DNA of 44,242 nucleotides from Candidatus Woesearchaeota archaeon (lineage in GTDB: Archaea; Nanobdellota; Nanobdellia; Woesearchaeales; UBA12501), in the NCBI GenBank assembly GCA_016177345.1, contig JACOVM010000077.1, forward strand, positions 1 to 44,242, read 5' to 3'. Shown piece by piece: positions 43,151 through 44,242 of this stretch. The translations under genes were made by a program, and so were the position numbers. The notes below the pieces were generated by a model that saw only the letters and a program-made list of their open reading frames with translations, searched no databases and was not told the origin of the DNA. Position 1 is the first letter of the stretch. Each line of letters starts with the position of its first letter.

Positions 43151-44210
43151 CCCCTCCAGATTTATCCACCTTGAATATGGCCTTAGAATCTATTTTTCGA
43201 AAATCAATGCCTAGACTTAAAAAAGGCTGGCGAAGCATTGCTGAAAAAATAGTGATAACTGCATCAGCCACCAGCGTTTCAACCGCGATACGCTTTCCAA
43301 GCGTTGATAATGGCACAAGATTGTACGGAATGTCCTCTGTAACATATCGGTGGGTCAAGTTCGTGGGGGCCATAACCCTTGGTGTTACAGGGTCTGAAAT
43401 AACCGCATCGAGAAGAGAAACACCCCCAAGGGGGCCGCTTAAATAATCACGGAGTGAAGGAGAGTCAAACCCAAGTTTCTTAACTATTGCTATTCTTTCA
43501 TTATCCAACGCCTCCATCAACGCAATACCTGAGTTACCTGCCCCATCACGATAAAATGTGAATGCTTCTTGCTGCTCTATTCGTTGGGCATTTGCCAGCA
43601 TGAGTGGAGGGTGGAGGATCATGTTCCAGTTCAGCAGCCCGCAATGGACAACATTTTGGCAGGGTTGGGCTGATATTCCAAGTAAGGACTCCAACGTGCC
43701 AATCGCTGTCATGGTATGTTCAGTAGGATAAGATGCGCACCAAAGTGAAGAAAGGCGATAGTGCACGTCTACTGTTCTTGTTTCTGCTATCCTGGCAACA
43801 TAGGGAAGCTGGTTGAGCTCAGTCCAGCCTCTTTCTCCAACAGAGTCAAGGTGAGATAAGCCAAAGCCGAGCCCCCCAGGAACAAGAAAAAGAAGAGCAT
43901 GCCTGTCAGCTAATGCTATTGCTTTCTTTAGATAAAAGGACCTTGCATCTGCAGGGCAAACAATAAAGATATACGCTGCAGAAGAAATAGAAGAAAGATC
44001 ACGTTGGATTGGAATGGAAAGGTATTGTTTTCCACCAGCGTCCACGCGGTAAAAACCGTTTTGGTTATCTTCTTTAACTCCCCCAGTACCTTCTTGAAAC
44101 TTCGGGTGAAAGGCAGAATAGACTGTTACAGAATGCCCTCGAACGTGAAGATCCGCAGCTAAAGCCAACCCCCCAGCTCCCCCACCACAAACTGCTATTT
44201 GTTCTGCCAT
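43134..44210 (-). CDS. NAD(P)-dependent opine (octopine/nopaline) dehydrogenase-family protein
   Basis: Rossmann IAVCGGGAGGLALAADL. C-terminal helical domain NMILHPPLMLAN..FYRDG..LDNERIAIVKKLGF..HRYVTEDIPYNLVPL is typical of Octopine_DH. Confidence 0.75.
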   Translation of the reverse strand: MAEQIAVCGGGAGGLALAADLHVRGHSVTVYSAFHPKFQEGTGGVKEDNQNGFYRVDAGGKQYLSIPIQRDLSSISSAAYIFIVCPADARSFYLKKAIALADRHALLFLVPGGLGFGLSHLDSVGERGWTELNQLPYVARIAETRTVDVHYRLSSLWCASYPTEHTMTAIGTLESLLGISAQPCQNVVHCGLLNWNMILHPPLMLANAQRIEQQEAFTFYRDGAGNSGIALMEALDNERIAIVKKLGFDSPSLRDYLSGPLGGVSLLDAVISDPVTPRVMAPTNLTHRYVTEDIPYNLVPLSTLGKRIAVETLVADAVITIFSAMLRQPFLSLGIDFRKIDSKAIFKVDKSGGDDPYG

Positions 44211-44242
44211 GCCAACAGTAAAGTGAAAGAAACATAAAGAGG

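Noticed and set aside
1-44242. tRNA, rRNA, RNase P/SRP RNA, a diversity-generating retroelement, and a transposon or integrase.
   Set aside because: I saw no T-loop/cloverleaf candidates and no rRNA-like conserved blocks. No reverse transcriptase, transposase or integrase ORF is present, and no long near-identical template/variable repeat pair was noticed. An exhaustive repeat search cannot be done by eye.

Overview
This window reads as an archaeal chromosome fragment. The evidence is an archaeal-type RadA, an RPA-like OB-fold/zinc-ribbon ssDNA-binding protein, a TrmB-family regulator, a stand-alone TRAM protein, many class III (type IV pilin-like) signal peptides, and TTTATAAA-type TATA boxes about 30 nt before start codons, which implies leaderless mRNAs. 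I saw no rRNA, tRNA, CRISPR array, transposase or integrase. About 75% of the window (731-33982) is one cell-surface super-locus. It holds four large, very Cys-rich secreted or anchored proteins (about 1650, 778, 1959 and 1080 aa). These sit among at least 18 co-oriented genes whose products begin with a [KR]-[GA] plus hydrophobic-helix prepilin-type signal. That run includes five tandem mini-pilins with a six-cysteine C-C-C-C-CC head and a 1004-aa pilin-like protein carrying an Amidase_2 (peptidoglycan amidase) domain. No pilus ATPase, platform protein or prepilin peptidase lies in the window. Two MNT(-HEPN) toxin-antitoxin-type modules bracket the first two large genes, and a YafJ-type class II amidotransferase sits antisense inside the locus. 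Almost every intergenic spacer of the locus carries an exact 9-16 bp tandem duplication. A 536-bp spacer upstream of the mini-pilin array holds nested perfect helices. The right 10 kb holds RPA, a small possibly PC4-like protein, RadA, two membrane proteins, and a heme-oxygenase-like protein divergent from TrmB. It also holds TRAM, a 2H phosphoesterase and a tight three-gene operon (opine-dehydrogenase-like, PaaK/F390-synthetase-like, membrane protein). The gene content resembles what is reported for episymbiotic DPANN-type archaea, but that taxonomic reading is inference only. All family assignments come from motif recognition by eye; no searches were run.
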